A stretch of DNA of 64,000 nucleotides, taken from an uncultured Gemmatimonadaceae bacterium. GTDB taxonomy: Bacteria; Gemmatimonadota; Gemmatimonadetes; Gemmatimonadales; Gemmatimonadaceae. Of this stretch, positions 20,325-31,539 are shown in pieces. Under the pieces are notes generated by a model. The model did no database searches. It was not told where the DNA came from and was given only the letters and a program-made list of their open reading frames with translations. Positions within the stretch are counted from its first letter, which is position 1. The number at the start of each line of letters is the position of its first letter. A program made the translations under genes and the position numbers. Location: the NCBI GenBank assembly GCA_963716745.1, contig OY970320.1, positions 2,048,001-2,112,000 of the forward strand. Direction: 5' to 3'.

Positions 20325-22013
20325 TCACTCCCTGTCGGTCGAGACGCGGAACGGCGGCGCCTTGTAGCCGGGCGGGCGCTGCGATTCAGGAATGGCCAAG
20401 GCGTTGCCGTCGCGCAGCGCGAAGAAATTGGGCGACATGATCTCGACACCCGCGGCGTTGAACTTCTCCTGGATGCTGCTGTGCAGATCGCCGTAGATGG
20501 CCGGCTGCAGATCGGCGCGGGTCGTGAACGCGTTCAGCTGATAGGCGACATTGAAGTCGCCGAGTCCGGTCTGAAGCACGAAGGGCGCGGGATCGGTCTC
20601 GATGTAGGCGGTGGCATGCGCGGCCGCGATCAACAGTTCGTGCACCCTTCGCCACGGCGCGTCGTAGCCGATGGTGACGGTCGTGTGCAGGATGAGTTTC
20701 CCCAGCCCCGCCTGCGCGGTGAAGTTCTCGATCGGTCCCGCGAGCACGACGGCGTTGGGCACCGAGATCTCGACGTTCTTCGGTGTGCGCAGGCGCGTCA
20801 CGAGCAGCGAGCGGGCGATCACCGCGCCCTCCACGGCGCCGATGCGCACCCAGTCGCCCACGTGGAAGGCGCGCGAATAGAGCAGCACCAGGCCGGCCAC
20901 GAGGTTCGAGATCGCCGAGCTGGAACCGAACGAGACCAGAACGCCGAGGAAGATCGAGACGCCCTTGATCGCGTCGGAATTCGCGCCCGGCAGGTACGGG
21001 AACATCAGGGCGAAGGCCAGCGCGACGATGAACGCACGCGCGATCTGGAACGTGGGCGCCGCCCATTCGCGCTCGAAGTTCTGGATCTTGATGTTGCCCG
21101 ACCGGACGGCATTGAAGAACGCGCGCACTCCGCGCAGGACCACGCGCGCGCCGAACCCGATGATGACCAGGACCACCAGGTCGGGCAGATAGTCGACGAC
21201 CGCGTTGGCCGCGCTCTTGAGCGGCACCGCGACGGACGCGATCAACCGGAGCGCGAAATCGGCCGTCTGCGGGAAGTCCGACAGCACCGTGGGCACGTAC
21301 ACAGCGACGAGGACGGTGTAGAACACCCAGCGAGCGAGCCCGGTGAGTCCGAGCAGGAAATCCACCACCCGATCGGCGGAGAGCCCTCCGATCCCCAGAC
21401 CCGCGATGAAGTCCGTGAGCTTCGCGCGGCTCCGGTCGAGCGCGCGGAGGAGGCGCGGGAAGAGCAGTCGTGCGATGAGCACGAGCACGAGCGCGATGCC
21501 CGTCTGCGTGGCCGCGACGCCGACATCGCGCCACATGGCGCCGGCCGTGCGCTCGGCCGCCGCCAGTGGGAGCATGCCGCGCACGCGCTTCGCGTAGAGT
21601 TCGGCCGCGGCATCGCGCGTGAGACCGACAGCCCGTGCATCGGAATCGGTGACGAAGAAGAGCGGCTGCGATCCGAGTGACACTTCGGTGCGCCGCGCAT
21701 CGCTGTAGACGCGCACCGAGTCGCCGGCCCCGACGCCCTTCTTCGCGACATTCACGAGCGCCGTGCTCACCCGCTTCGCCCGATCCGCGCTGGAGTACGC
21801 ACTCGTGCCGTCGAACAGGAAGAACAGCGTGTCGCCGTCGAGGACGATGGGACTGCCGGACTCGGCCATCGTGTCACGGGCGTCGGCCGCCGGCGGCGCC
21901 TGCGGCTTCGGCGATGCCTGGGCGCCGAGAGGCAGCGCCGGGGCCGCCAGCAGCGCCACGACCGCAAGGGCCGCGACGATGACCGATGGCCGATGGCCGA
22001 TGGCCGAGTTCAC
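20325..22013 (-). CDS. MscS mechanosensitive channel
   Basis: ISNLVAGL..FHVGDWVRIG..EG..TRLRT..SVPNA; IGYD..WRRV..L; FNAAGVEI. Confidence 0.9.
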   Translation of the reverse strand: MNSAIGHRPSVIVAALAVVALLAAPALPLGAQASPKPQAPPAADARDTMAESGSPIVLDGDTLFFLFDGTSAYSSADRAKRVSTALVNVAKKGVGAGDSVRVYSDARRTEVSLGSQPLFFVTDSDARAVGLTRDAAAELYAKRVRGMLPLAAAERTAGAMWRDVGVAATQTGIALVLVLIARLLFPRLLRALDRSRAKLTDFIAGLGIGGLSADRVVDFLLGLTGLARWVFYTVLVAVYVPTVLSDFPQTADFALRLIASVAVPLKSAANAVVDYLPDLVVLVIIGFGARVVLRGVRAFFNAVRSGNIKIQNFEREWAAPTFQIARAFIVALAFALMFPYLPGANSDAIKGVSIFLGVLVSFGSSSAISNLVAGLVLLYSRAFHVGDWVRIGAVEGAVIARSLLVTRLRTPKNVEISVPNAVVLAGPIENFTAQAGLGKLILHTTVTIGYDAPWRRVHELLIAAAHATAYIETDPAPFVLQTGLGDFNVAYQLNAFTTRADLQPAIYGDLHSSIQEKFNAAGVEIMSPNFFALRDGNALAIPESQRPPGYKAPPFRVSTDRE

Positions 22014-23615
22014 AGCTCCGCCGTCGTGAGGAATCGCGGGGGCCGGCGGAGCTTGGAGGCCTGCTCGTACGCGAAGGCCAGCTTGATGAGCGTCGGCTCC
22101 GACCATGCGCGGCCGAAGAAGCTGACACCCACGGGGAGCCCGAACGCATATCCCGCCGGGACGGTGATCGACGGATAGCCGGCGACCGCGGCGGGCGTGG
22201 AGCTGCCGCCGCCGTCCGCATCGCCGTTCACGAGATCGATCGGCGTGGGCGGTTCAGCGGTGGGCGCCACCAAAGCGTCGAGCTGGTACTTGTCCATCGT
22301 GGCGTCGATGCCCTCGGTGCGGGACAGGCGAATGCACTCGGCGCGCGCGTCGAGATACGCCTGGTCGGTGAGCGGCCCCTTGGCCTGGGCCTCGAGGAAG
22401 ATCTCCTGGCCGAAGTACGGCATCTCCCTGAGCGCGATGCGCATCGTTGAACGAGATGAGATCGGCGAGCGTGCGCGCGCTGGCGCCGGGCGCGAGTGTC
22501 GCGAGATACGCGTTGATGTCGTTCTTGAATTCGTAGAGGAGCACCTCGTATTCGGGCTTGCTCATCTTGCCCGCTGTCTCGATCGGCGCGGGGTCGATGA
22601 TCGTCGCGCCGGCGGCGCGCATCACTGCGATCGCCGCGTCCACCAGTGCATCGGCTTTAGGGCTGTAGCCGAAGTAGTGCGGACGCGGAACGCCGATGCG
22701 CGCGCCCGCGAGCCCTTTCGCGTCGAGGAACTTGGTGTAGTCCGGCGCGATGTGGCCCCTCGCCGCGGCCGTCGCGGGGTCGCGCGGATCCTCGCCGGCG
22801 ATCGCGCTCAGGACGATCGCCGCATCCGTGACCGTGCGCGCCATCGGGCCCGCTGTGTCCTGGCTGTGGGCGATGGGGATGATGCCGCTCCGGCTGACGA
22901 GTCCGACGGTGGGCTTGATGCCCACGATCGAACAGCGCGACGACGGATCGACGATCGACCCGTCGGTCTCGGTGCCAATGGCGACGGCGCACAGATTCGC
23001 GGCGACGGCGGCGCCCGACCCGGAGCTCGAGCCCGACGTGGTGCGGTCGAGCGCGTACGGATTGCGACATTGCCCGCCGCGCCCGCTCCAGCCGCTCGTG
23101 CTGTGCGTGCTCCTGAAATTCGCCCACTCGCTCAGGTTCGCCTTGCCGATGATCACCGCGCCGGCCGCGCGCAGCCGCTCGACAATGAACGCATCGCGCG
23201 GCACGCGGGAGCCGGCGAGCGCGAGCGAGCCGGCGGTGGTCTGCATCCCTTCGCTGGTAGCGATATTGTCCTTCAGCAGGATCGGGATGCCGTGCAGCGG
23301 GCCTTTGATCTCGCCGCGCTGCCGGTCGCCGTCGCGCGCGGCGGTGTCGCCCGCCAGATCGGAATTCACTTCGATGACGGCGTGCAGCGACGCGTTCTTC
23401 GCGCGGATCCGCGCGACGTACTCGTTGGCGATGCCGGCAGCATCGATGTTCCCGCCGCGCATGAGGTCCTGCAGCTCAGCGATCGTGATCTCGTCCTTCA
23501 CGACAGCGCCGGCGCTAGGCGCGAGGCGCTCGGCGGCCTCCGCCGCACGCGCGATCTGCGAGGCGGCTCCGGCCGCGATCGCACCGGCGACGAACTCCCT
23601 CCGAGTGGGCGACAT
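22010..23615 (-). CDS. Amidase signature enzyme with Tat signal (indel near 22435)
   Basis: TRREFV; LHGIPILLKDNI, GKANLSEWAN, SGSSSGS, GTETDGSI; C-terminus in ORF 22010..22444. Confidence 0.92.
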
Positions 23616-23616
23616 G

Positions 23617-25296
23617 CTACGGCGCCGTTCCGACGACGGACGCGCCCTGCTCGAAGATGACGTCGATCGGAACGCCGAGCGTGGCGAGACGGGCAAGATC
23701 CTGTTGTGTCTGCGGCGTCACCTTGCCGTACTGATCGTTGAACGCGCCCACGGCGGCGTAGTCTCCGTCGCCCTGCATCGTGATGATCTTCGTGGCGAGC
23801 GCGTTCATGCCCGCACGGAACTTGTCGAAGTCCACGCGATAGCGCGCGGTGGCGCTGTCGCGCGCGAAGGCGCCTTGCTGCTGCAGGAAATTGAACGCCG
23901 CGATGTTCGCGCGGCCATGCGCATCGGCGGCACTGAATCGCATCGACCGGAAGAGGCTCGCGAGGAAGCTGACATAATTGGCGCGGATGTCCTCCTTTCC
24001 GAGATCGCCACGAGCATTGAGCTCCTGGACCATGCGGAGGCCGAGGATGTCGGCCTTGCCCTCTTCCAGCGCGCCGCTGCGCTCCTTGAGCGCCTGGCGC
24101 ACCGTGGCGGTGTTATTCGTGATGAGGTGCCGCGGGCCGAGGCCATGCGCGACCTCGTGGAACATCGTGTTCTCGAAGAACGCGTCGAAGTTGAGGTAGC
24201 TCAACTGATCGTCGGCGATGAGCGCGCGCGCGATCGGCATGAGGATCACGTCGAACTTCGCGCGCATCGCGTTCTTCAGCTGGAGCCGGCGCGAACCCAT
24301 CGCGTTCGTGATCGACTCATCGTTCGGCAGGTTGATCGCGATCGTCTTCGGGCCGGTGTTGGCCTGGCCGGCGTAGTAGAGCACGTCGTAGGCGTTGAGG
24401 TCCGAATTCGTGCCCGGCTGCTCCTTCTTGTACGGCGCCGCGACGGGCAGCCCCTTCTGCAGGTCGGGGAGCATCCCAATGTAGCGTGCGAGGCGCGCGC
24501 TCCACGCTTTGTCCTTCACGAGGACGATGCCCTCGTGCGCCGTCTTGTAGCCGAAGAGTTCGTCCTCGTATGTCTCCGTCGGACCGACGACGATATCGAG
24601 CGTGTTCTTCTTCATCGCCATCCAGGCGGAATCGGACGGGCGGTAATCGTCGCTCTTGAGCGCGGCGGCCTTCATCGTCAGGAAGCTCTTGAGGCCGGGA
24701 TCGTCGGCGAGCTTCGCGGCGGCGAGCAGCTTCGCGGCGGCGATCCCATGCGCGGCGGCGAAGAACTTGGAGTAGGGGATCGCGATGAGGCGGCCGTTCG
24801 CATCGCGGCGAATCATCGTGTAGAGACTCTTGAGCGAATCGCCGCGGGCCTTGCTCGTCGCGGCGGCGGAATCGAACTCGCTCTTGGTCATCCCGGCGGG
24901 ATAGTAGTTGGCGCCCTCGGGCTTGGGACCGATCTCGGGGACGAACGGCGCGTTGTTGCCGAGCCGGTTCCAGGGCCCGTAGTTGATGTCCACCAGTTTT
25001 CGCGCATCGGCGCCGCTCACGTGCTTCATGAGCGAGTCGCGGTCGCCGTACGTCTCCATCCAGAAGGGCGCGTTCATCGCATCCGCCGCGTCGATGAGCA
25101 GCGGGATCATCTGCTGCTCATTGGGCGTGAGCGCTTTCAGGTCGGTGGTGAGCTTCACCGTGGCATACTGCGCGAGCAGCGCCGAATCGGTCATCGCCGG
25201 CGCGCTGCTCATCGCCGCGGGTTTCTGCGGAAGTGACTCCCGGCCGCACGCGGCGAAGAGGAGAGCGACGAAAAGGGCGGAGCGAGAACGGGGCAT
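23617..25296 (-). CDS. Peptidase M49 (DPP III-like) Zn metallopeptidase lipoprotein
   Basis: LFAAC lipobox; GPTETYED, AINLPNDE, FHEVAHGLGP, LEEGKAD. Confidence 0.85.
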   Translation of the reverse strand: MPRSRSALFVALLFAACGRESLPQKPAAMSSAPAMTDSALLAQYATVKLTTDLKALTPNEQQMIPLLIDAADAMNAPFWMETYGDRDSLMKHVSGADARKLVDINYGPWNRLGNNAPFVPEIGPKPEGANYYPAGMTKSEFDSAAATSKARGDSLKSLYTMIRRDANGRLIAIPYSKFFAAAHGIAAAKLLAAAKLADDPGLKSFLTMKAAALKSDDYRPSDSAWMAMKKNTLDIVVGPTETYEDELFGYKTAHEGIVLVKDKAWSARLARYIGMLPDLQKGLPVAAPYKKEQPGTNSDLNAYDVLYYAGQANTGPKTIAINLPNDESITNAMGSRRLQLKNAMRAKFDVILMPIARALIADDQLSYLNFDAFFENTMFHEVAHGLGPRHLITNNTATVRQALKERSGALEEGKADILGLRMVQELNARGDLGKEDIRANYVSFLASLFRSMRFSAADAHGRANIAAFNFLQQQGAFARDSATARYRVDFDKFRAGMNALATKIITMQGDGDYAAVGAFNDQYGKVTPQTQQDLARLATLGVPIDVIFEQGASVVGTAP

Positions 25297-25362
25297 GAAG
25301 CGATCTCCAAGGGGGAGAACGAGACATTGGCACGCAATCCGCTCGGAATCAACTGCTACTCG

Positions 25363-25634
25363 CTACGAACGGCGTGAGTCGCACCCCTGAACGCCGTGCG
25401 TCGTACCCCGAACTCCGTGAGTGCCGAGTCGTGCGTCGTACCGATTGTAGGGCGTGACTCGCACCCCGAACAACGTGAGTCGTGAGTCCACGCACGGAGT
25501 TCGGGTTGCGACGCACGGTGTTCAGGGGTTCGACGCACGCAGTGCAGTCGGTGCGACGCACGACTCGGTACTCACGGCGTTCGGGGTACGACGAACGGTT
25601 CTAAGGGGTGCGACTCACGCCGTCTTGTTCGTAG
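25363..25634. repeat. About 270-bp palindromic element of ~21-bp degenerate units, bounded by CTAC...GTAG
   Basis: Units such as CGTGAGTCGCACCCCTGAACGC and CGTGCGTCGTACCCCGAACTC; 25370-25450 is close to the reverse complement of 25541-25623. Confidence 0.85.
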
Positions 25635-27538
25635 GCCGTCGCCCGACCACCCACAGTGAGTACAGCACAATGACCGTCCCCACCTGCGGGATCAGCGTCT
25701 GCCATGTCGCGTAGATCCCCAGCAGATCCGAGCTCCAATTCCATCCGGTGCTCGTCACGGCGAGGATGCCGGTCTCTTGCAGCGCGTGCAGCCCTTTCCC
25801 CACGAGGATCACCGCGAGCGCCGCCATCAAGAGCGATGAGAGGGTGAAGATCCGGCGGATCGGGATGCGCGCGCTGTAGCGCAGCAATGCCCACGACAGG
25901 CCGAACAGGATCACGAACGACGCGCCGACGCCGAGCAGCATCGCCGTCGTTCCGGAAGCACCGCCTTCGAGCGTGATCGCGCGCAGGAAGAGCACGCACT
26001 CGAACGCCTCGCGAAAGAGCGCCATGAACGCGATGGTGAAGAGCACCCACCGCTTCTTCCCTTCGAGCGCCGACCGGACCTGCACGTCCAGGAAATGCCG
26101 CCAGCGCGTGATCTCGGTGCGGCTGTGCAGCCAGAAGCCGACGTACAACAGCACCGCGACGGCGAGCAGTGCCGTGATCCCCTCGAGCAGTTCGCGCTGC
26201 ACGCCGCTGATGGCCATGAGCCAGCCGGAGAGGAACCACGCGATGACCCCCGCACCGACGGCGGTGATCCAGCCGCCGTGCACCCACCATTCCGCGGTCG
26301 TATCGTTCGCCGCGCGGATCACGGCCAGGAGCGCGATGAGGATCAACACCGCCTCGAAGCCCTCGCGCATCAGGATCCCGGTCGTGAGGATGAACGTCAC
26401 CCACGGGCCCGACGCGTGCGCCGAGAGCCGCTGTTCCGCCAGGTCGATGCTCTGCTGCGCCGCGGCCACCGCGCTGCCGACGTCGGCGGCGGGCCGCCCC
26501 GACTCGATCGCCGCACGCACGCCGGCCATGCGGGATTCGAGCGCCTCCGTGAATACGCGGTCGTTCGCGCGGAGGCGGGGCTCCACCGGCTCGATCCCTT
26601 CGAGATAGGCGCGCAGCGCGTCGCTTCGCGCGGCCGAAGCATCGCCGGCTGCATACGAGGAATCGGCGCGCGCGAGATACCGGCGCGCGATCGCGAGCGG
26701 TTCGGCCACGCTCGCGGCGGCGCTCGAATGGAGGCGCAGCGCCGCAACACGCGCGCGCCGCGCTGCGCTGTCTCCCGGCAGCAGCGCCATGAGCGCGCTG
26801 TCAGAGTGCGTGGCGGCCATCGCGAGATCGGCAGTGGTCATGCGGCGCGCGAATATCTGGAACGCCGGTCACGTGCAGCGACGTGACGTAGAACGCGAGG
26901 TCCCAGACGTCGGCGTCGGACAGATCGGGATGCGCGGCCATCGGCGTCTTCGGCAGCCCCACGCGGATCACGTTGAACGCACGGAATGGCGTGATCCCGT
27001 TCGCGACGGCCGGGCTCAGGAAATCGGCGGGCTTGGGATCGAGTGCCGCGCCTGCCGGACCGTCGCCCGCGCCGTGAGCGCCATGGCACGACGCGCAGTT
27101 CTCCCGATAGAGCGAGGCGCCGTTCGCGAGACTCGGCCAGCGCGCCGGCACCTCGGCGATCCCTGAACGGAGCACGATGCGCTGCTTCACGGCGAGTGCC
27201 GCGGCCGACACGTCGGCTGCGCTCGCTCTGCGGTCGATGAGCGCGCCCACGTCGCGAAGACCGGCGAGACTCGCGCTGTCGTCGCGGATCGCCGGGACCG
27301 CCGCGGCGATCGACAGCGCCGAACGGGCGAATTCGACTTGTTCCTGGTATTCCGGCGCGCTCGTGATCCGGCCATTGGAAACGGCGCCGGCGTAATCGCG
27401 CGCGAGGTAGTCGAGCAGATTGACCACGACGCGCGCAGAGCTGTCGCCGGACTGTGCAGGGGCGAGGATCGGGACAGCGGCTAGCAGGAGGAACGCGGCG
27501 AGCCAGCGGATGGTGCGCAATTGATCAGTACGTCTCAT
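25615..27538 (-). CDS. Cytochrome c / FTR1 iron permease fusion (PbrT/EfeU-like); indel near 26860
   Basis: LLDYLARDYAGAV, CASCHG heme motif, REGFE and REAFE (RExxE) motifs, multiple TM helices. Confidence 0.9.
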
Positions 27539-27569
27539 CCCGGGGGTGCGACGCCGGGGCAGGCGGTGT

Positions 27570-27584
27570 TGAGAATCGTTCTCA
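27570..27584. promoter_or_regulatory. Fur-box-like operator
   Basis: TGAGAAT-C-GTTCTCA vs the 7-1-7 consensus TGATAATnATTATCA; about 30 bp upstream of the iron permease start. Confidence 0.65.
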
Positions 27585-27701
27585 GTCGTCGATTGAAGAT
27601 AATGCTAGTGATTCACTCGGGAAAGAACTTCCCGTCTCGATTAGAACGCGCTAAGTGTCGATGGCGACGAAACGTCGGGGCTTGCAGGGCGTCCTTAACG
27701 T

Positions 27702-30476
27702 ATGGCAACCGGAGAACACCCAGCGAGTGGCTGGGCGCGAACGCGCGTGTGGATAACCGACTGGGGGAACGCGCTCGCCGTTCTCCTGGTGTTGTATTGC
27801 GGCAGCTACATCTCATTCCAGCTGAGTCATCGCGGAAGTGAGACGCTGCGCTTCGTCGCGGCACATCTCGCGTACCTCCCGCTCAACATCGGGACCGCCA
27901 CATTGGCGTTCCGCGCGGCCACCCGGGCCAGCACGGATAGCCGGATCCGCCGCTCGCTCGCGCTCTTCGGCCTCTGCTTCGCGCTGATCGCAGTCTCGAA
28001 CCTCCTGCTGTTCTACATCGGCGTCGTGCGCGACGGCGACTCACTGAATTCGTGGGTCAACCTGGTAGCGCTCAGTTGCTATCTCGTGGCGCTGGTCGCG
28101 TTCCTGTCGCTGCCGATGGCGCGGCGCGTCGAGGGAGAGTACTGGAAGTTCGTGCTCGACGCGGCGGTGGTGATGGTCGGCGGCGGACTGGCAATGTGGT
28201 TCTTCGTGTTCGCGCCGAGCCTCGACTGGACCACCGGCGGCACCACGGGAAAAGCGATCGCGCTCGCGTATCCACTCCTCTCGCTGCTGCTCTTCTTCGG
28301 CGTCGTGACGGTGCTGCTGCGGCGGCCGGCCGATATCCGGCGCTGGGCGCCTGGCCTGCTGTTCGTGGGATGGCTGCTGTATCTGATCGCCGATTTCACG
28401 AACGACATCGTGGTGCAGAACGTCGGCTTCTACGCGATCAGCTGGTTCGACTACACGTACATCGCGACGTACTGCCTGCTCGTATGGAGCTTCCGGCAGT
28501 ATTACTGGCGCGTGCCGGAGGTCCGCATCCAACCGGAGGTCGAGTCGCCGTTGGCGCAACCGCAGAGCCTTCTGCCGTACGCCGCGATCGCGGTGACGTA
28601 CGGCCTCGTGCTCTGGGCCGCATCGCGCGAATGGCCGCGGCAGATCGCGGTGCTCACTGTGGGCGCGGCGGCGGTCGCACTTCTCGTGCTCCTGCGCCAG
28701 ATCCTAGCGGTGCGGGAGAACGTGCGCCTGCTCGATGAGCGCGCGGCGCGTGAGACGGAGCGCCGCTTGCACGCGCTCGTGCAGCGCTCGTCCGACGTGA
28801 TCGCGATCGTCGACTCGCGCGGCATCCTGCGCTACACGAGTCCCTCGGTCACGCGGAACTTCGGCTACGCGCCCACGGAACTCGAGGGCGTGAACATGAT
28901 GGACCTGATCCACCCGGACGATCACGCGCACGCGAACTCCCTGTTCGCCGAGGTGCTCAAGCCGCACGCCCTCGCCGGACCGGTGGAATGGCGGGGGCGC
29001 CACGCCGATGGCAGCTGGCGCAACATCGAGGTGTCCTTCACGAACCTGATGGACGAGCCCTCGGTGCGCGGCATCGTGGCGAACGCCCGCGACGTGAGCG
29101 ATCGCAAGGCGCTGCAAGCGCAGCTCACGCATCAAGCGTTCCACGACCAGCTCACCGGGCTCGCGAACCGCGCGCTCTTCCTCGACCGCGTGACACACGC
29201 GCTGACGCTCGCGCGGCGCCATCAGCAGAAGCTCGCGCTCATCTTCCTCGACATCGACAACTTCAAGACGGTGAACGACAGTCTCGGCCACAGCGTGGGC
29301 GACCGGCTGCTCACGATCGCGGCCCAGCGCCTGCTCGCCAGCGTGCGCACGGCCGACACCGTGGCGCGTCTCGGTGGCGACGAGTTCGCCGTGCTCCTCG
29401 AAGATTCGGAGCACGACTCCGGCGCGGTGGCGGTCGTGGAGCGCATCGTGCAGGCGCTCCGTCACCCGTTCTCGCTGGATGGACGCGAAGTGTTCGCGAC
29501 GGCCAGCATCGGCGTCGCGATCGCGGGAGAGGAGGAGACCTCGCAGGACCTGGTGCGCAATGCCGACATGGCGATGTACCTCGCCAAGCGCGACGGCAAG
29601 GGACGCTACCAGATCTTCGAGCCGCGCATGCATACGCAGGCGCTCGAACGCCTCGAGCTCGAAGCGGACATGCGCCGCGCGATCGACCGCGAGGAATTCG
29701 TCGTGCACTACCAGCCGATCGTGCTGCTGCACACCGGTGAGATCACCGGCGTGGAGGCGCTCGTGCGCTGGCAGCACCCGCGCAAGGGGATGATCGGGCC
29801 GCCGCTCTTCATTCCGATCGCCGAGGAGACGGGACTGATCGTACCGCTCGGGCGCTGGGTGGTGCGCGATGCGTGCCGCCAGGCGCAGCGCTGGCAGACC
29901 ATGCGCGGCGTGCCGCTCACGCTCACGGTGAACATCTCCGGCTACCAGCTGCAGAGCGAGTCGGTGGTGGAGGATGTGCGCTCGGCGCTCGTGGACAGCG
30001 GCCTCGATCCGCGGCAGCTCGTGCTCGAGATCACCGAGAGCGTGCTGATGCAGCACAACGAGATCCTGCTGGAACGGCTGCGCGCGCTCAAGTCGATCGG
30101 GGTGCGCCTCGCGATCGATGACTTCGGCACCGGCTACTCATCGCTCGGTTACCTGCAGCGATTCCCCATCGACATCCTGAAGATCGACAAGTCGTTCGTC
30201 GACAACGTGGGGATGACGGGTGGCGAGCCGGCGCTCGCGCGCGCGGTGATCGCGCTCGGCGAGACGCTGCGGCTCCAGACCATCGCCGAGGGCATCGAGC
30301 AGCGGCGCCAATTGAGCGGGCTGCAGGAGCTGGGATGCGAGATGGGGCAGGGGTACTACTTCGCGCGGCCGGTGGCTCCGTCGGCGATCGATGCGATCCT
30401 CGCGGGCGACAGCGGGACGATCTCGGTGCCGCCGTACGAGCGGCTGGTGACGCGGAGGGAGGGAGCGGCGAACTGA
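27702..30476 (+). CDS. Membrane sensor-PAS-GGDEF-EAL protein
   Basis: TM region; IHPDD PAS; ARLGGDEF; GVEALVRW; DDFGTGYSSL. Confidence 0.95.
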   Translation: MATGEHPASGWARTRVWITDWGNALAVLLVLYCGSYISFQLSHRGSETLRFVAAHLAYLPLNIGTATLAFRAATRASTDSRIRRSLALFGLCFALIAVSNLLLFYIGVVRDGDSLNSWVNLVALSCYLVALVAFLSLPMARRVEGEYWKFVLDAAVVMVGGGLAMWFFVFAPSLDWTTGGTTGKAIALAYPLLSLLLFFGVVTVLLRRPADIRRWAPGLLFVGWLLYLIADFTNDIVVQNVGFYAISWFDYTYIATYCLLVWSFRQYYWRVPEVRIQPEVESPLAQPQSLLPYAAIAVTYGLVLWAASREWPRQIAVLTVGAAAVALLVLLRQILAVRENVRLLDERAARETERRLHALVQRSSDVIAIVDSRGILRYTSPSVTRNFGYAPTELEGVNMMDLIHPDDHAHANSLFAEVLKPHALAGPVEWRGRHADGSWRNIEVSFTNLMDEPSVRGIVANARDVSDRKALQAQLTHQAFHDQLTGLANRALFLDRVTHALTLARRHQQKLALIFLDIDNFKTVNDSLGHSVGDRLLTIAAQRLLASVRTADTVARLGGDEFAVLLEDSEHDSGAVAVVERIVQALRHPFSLDGREVFATASIGVAIAGEEETSQDLVRNADMAMYLAKRDGKGRYQIFEPRMHTQALERLELEADMRRAIDREEFVVHYQPIVLLHTGEITGVEALVRWQHPRKGMIGPPLFIPIAEETGLIVPLGRWVVRDACRQAQRWQTMRGVPLTLTVNISGYQLQSESVVEDVRSALVDSGLDPRQLVLEITESVLMQHNEILLERLRALKSIGVRLAIDDFGTGYSSLGYLQRFPIDILKIDKSFVDNVGMTGGEPALARAVIALGETLRLQTIAEGIEQRRQLSGLQELGCEMGQGYYFARPVAPSAIDAILAGDSGTISVPPYERLVTRREGAAN

Positions 30477-30478
30477 GG

Positions 30479-30514
30479 AACTACAGACTTAGACTCTAGA
30501 CTTAGACGTTAGAA
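30479..30514. repeat. AACTAC-anchored AGACTT repeat arm
   Basis: AACTACAGACTTAGACTCTAGACTTAGACGTTAGAA, nearly the reverse complement of 11487-11521. Confidence 0.75.
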
Positions 30515-30614
30515 GGCGAACGGCGGCGCTTGCGGAGCTTCTCTTCCGCGGGGGCCGCTATCTTATTTCGAGGCGAAGATTAGCGGGTACAGTCCCCAAC
30601 CAACGAGCGTGCCT

Positions 30615-31443
30615 ATGCGCAACGAGCTGATGTCTGTCACGATCGCGCTTGCGGCGATCGTCGGAGTGTCGTCAGCGCAGGAGTCCGCGAGCGGCATGAC
30701 GGAGCAGGAGAAGATGGCGAAGCTCGCCGAGGATGGCGCAGAACCCTGTGGCCAACATGATGAGCTTCCCCTTCCAGTTGAACACGAGCTTCGGGCTCTA
30801 CGGCGCGGATAACCGCACGCAGAACATCCTCAACATCCAACCGGTGATCCCCGTTTCGATTGCGGACAAGAAATGGAACGTGATCAATCGTCTGATCCTG
30901 CCGGTGGTGTGGCAGCCGGATTATGCGCCCACGGGAATGACGTCCGGGCTCGGCGCGGTGAACTACACGGCGTACTTCTCGCCGGCGGCGCCTGGGAAAC
31001 TGATCTGGGGCGTGGGTCCCACCATCAACTTCGCCGCGACGGACGCCGCGTTGGGCCCGCGCACGTATTCAATCGGCCCGGCGGTGGTGTTGATGCGTAT
31101 CGAAGGGCATTTCACGTACGGTATGGTCGTGAATAACACCTGGTCGTTCGCGGGCGCGGCCGGTGCGCCGGCGACGAACTCGCTCTATAGCCAGGTGTTC
31201 GTGAACTACAATCTGCCCGACAGTTGGTACCTGACCACGTCGCCGATCATCACCGCGAACTGGCTCGCGGAGAGCGCGGCCGATGTGTGGACCGTGCCGG
31301 TGGGCGGCGGCCTGGGGAAGATCCAGAAGATCGGACGGTTGCCATTCAACATGAACATCAGCGCGTACGGCTACGCGACGCGGCCGGTGGGCGGCCCGAG
31401 CTGGACGCTGCGCACGCAGATCGCGTTGCTCCTGCCGAAATAG
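30615..31443 (+). CDS. Putative outer-membrane beta-barrel (indel near 30730)
   Basis: Signal peptide; AQNPVANMMSFPFQ, LNIQPVIP, WTVPVGGG, WTLRTQIALLLP. Confidence 0.65.
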
Positions 31444-31539
31444 ACGCGGCTCGGCTTGCACTGCGGGGCACCGTCCGGTCTATTTGCGCGAGCGAGGCGC
31501 CGGTCGGGCGCCGTCGATCTCCTCAGCGCGAGACCCCGA

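Noticed and set aside
25363..25634. CRISPR array
   Set aside because: Units are degenerate, adjacent and inverted, with no unique spacers; no cas genes in the window
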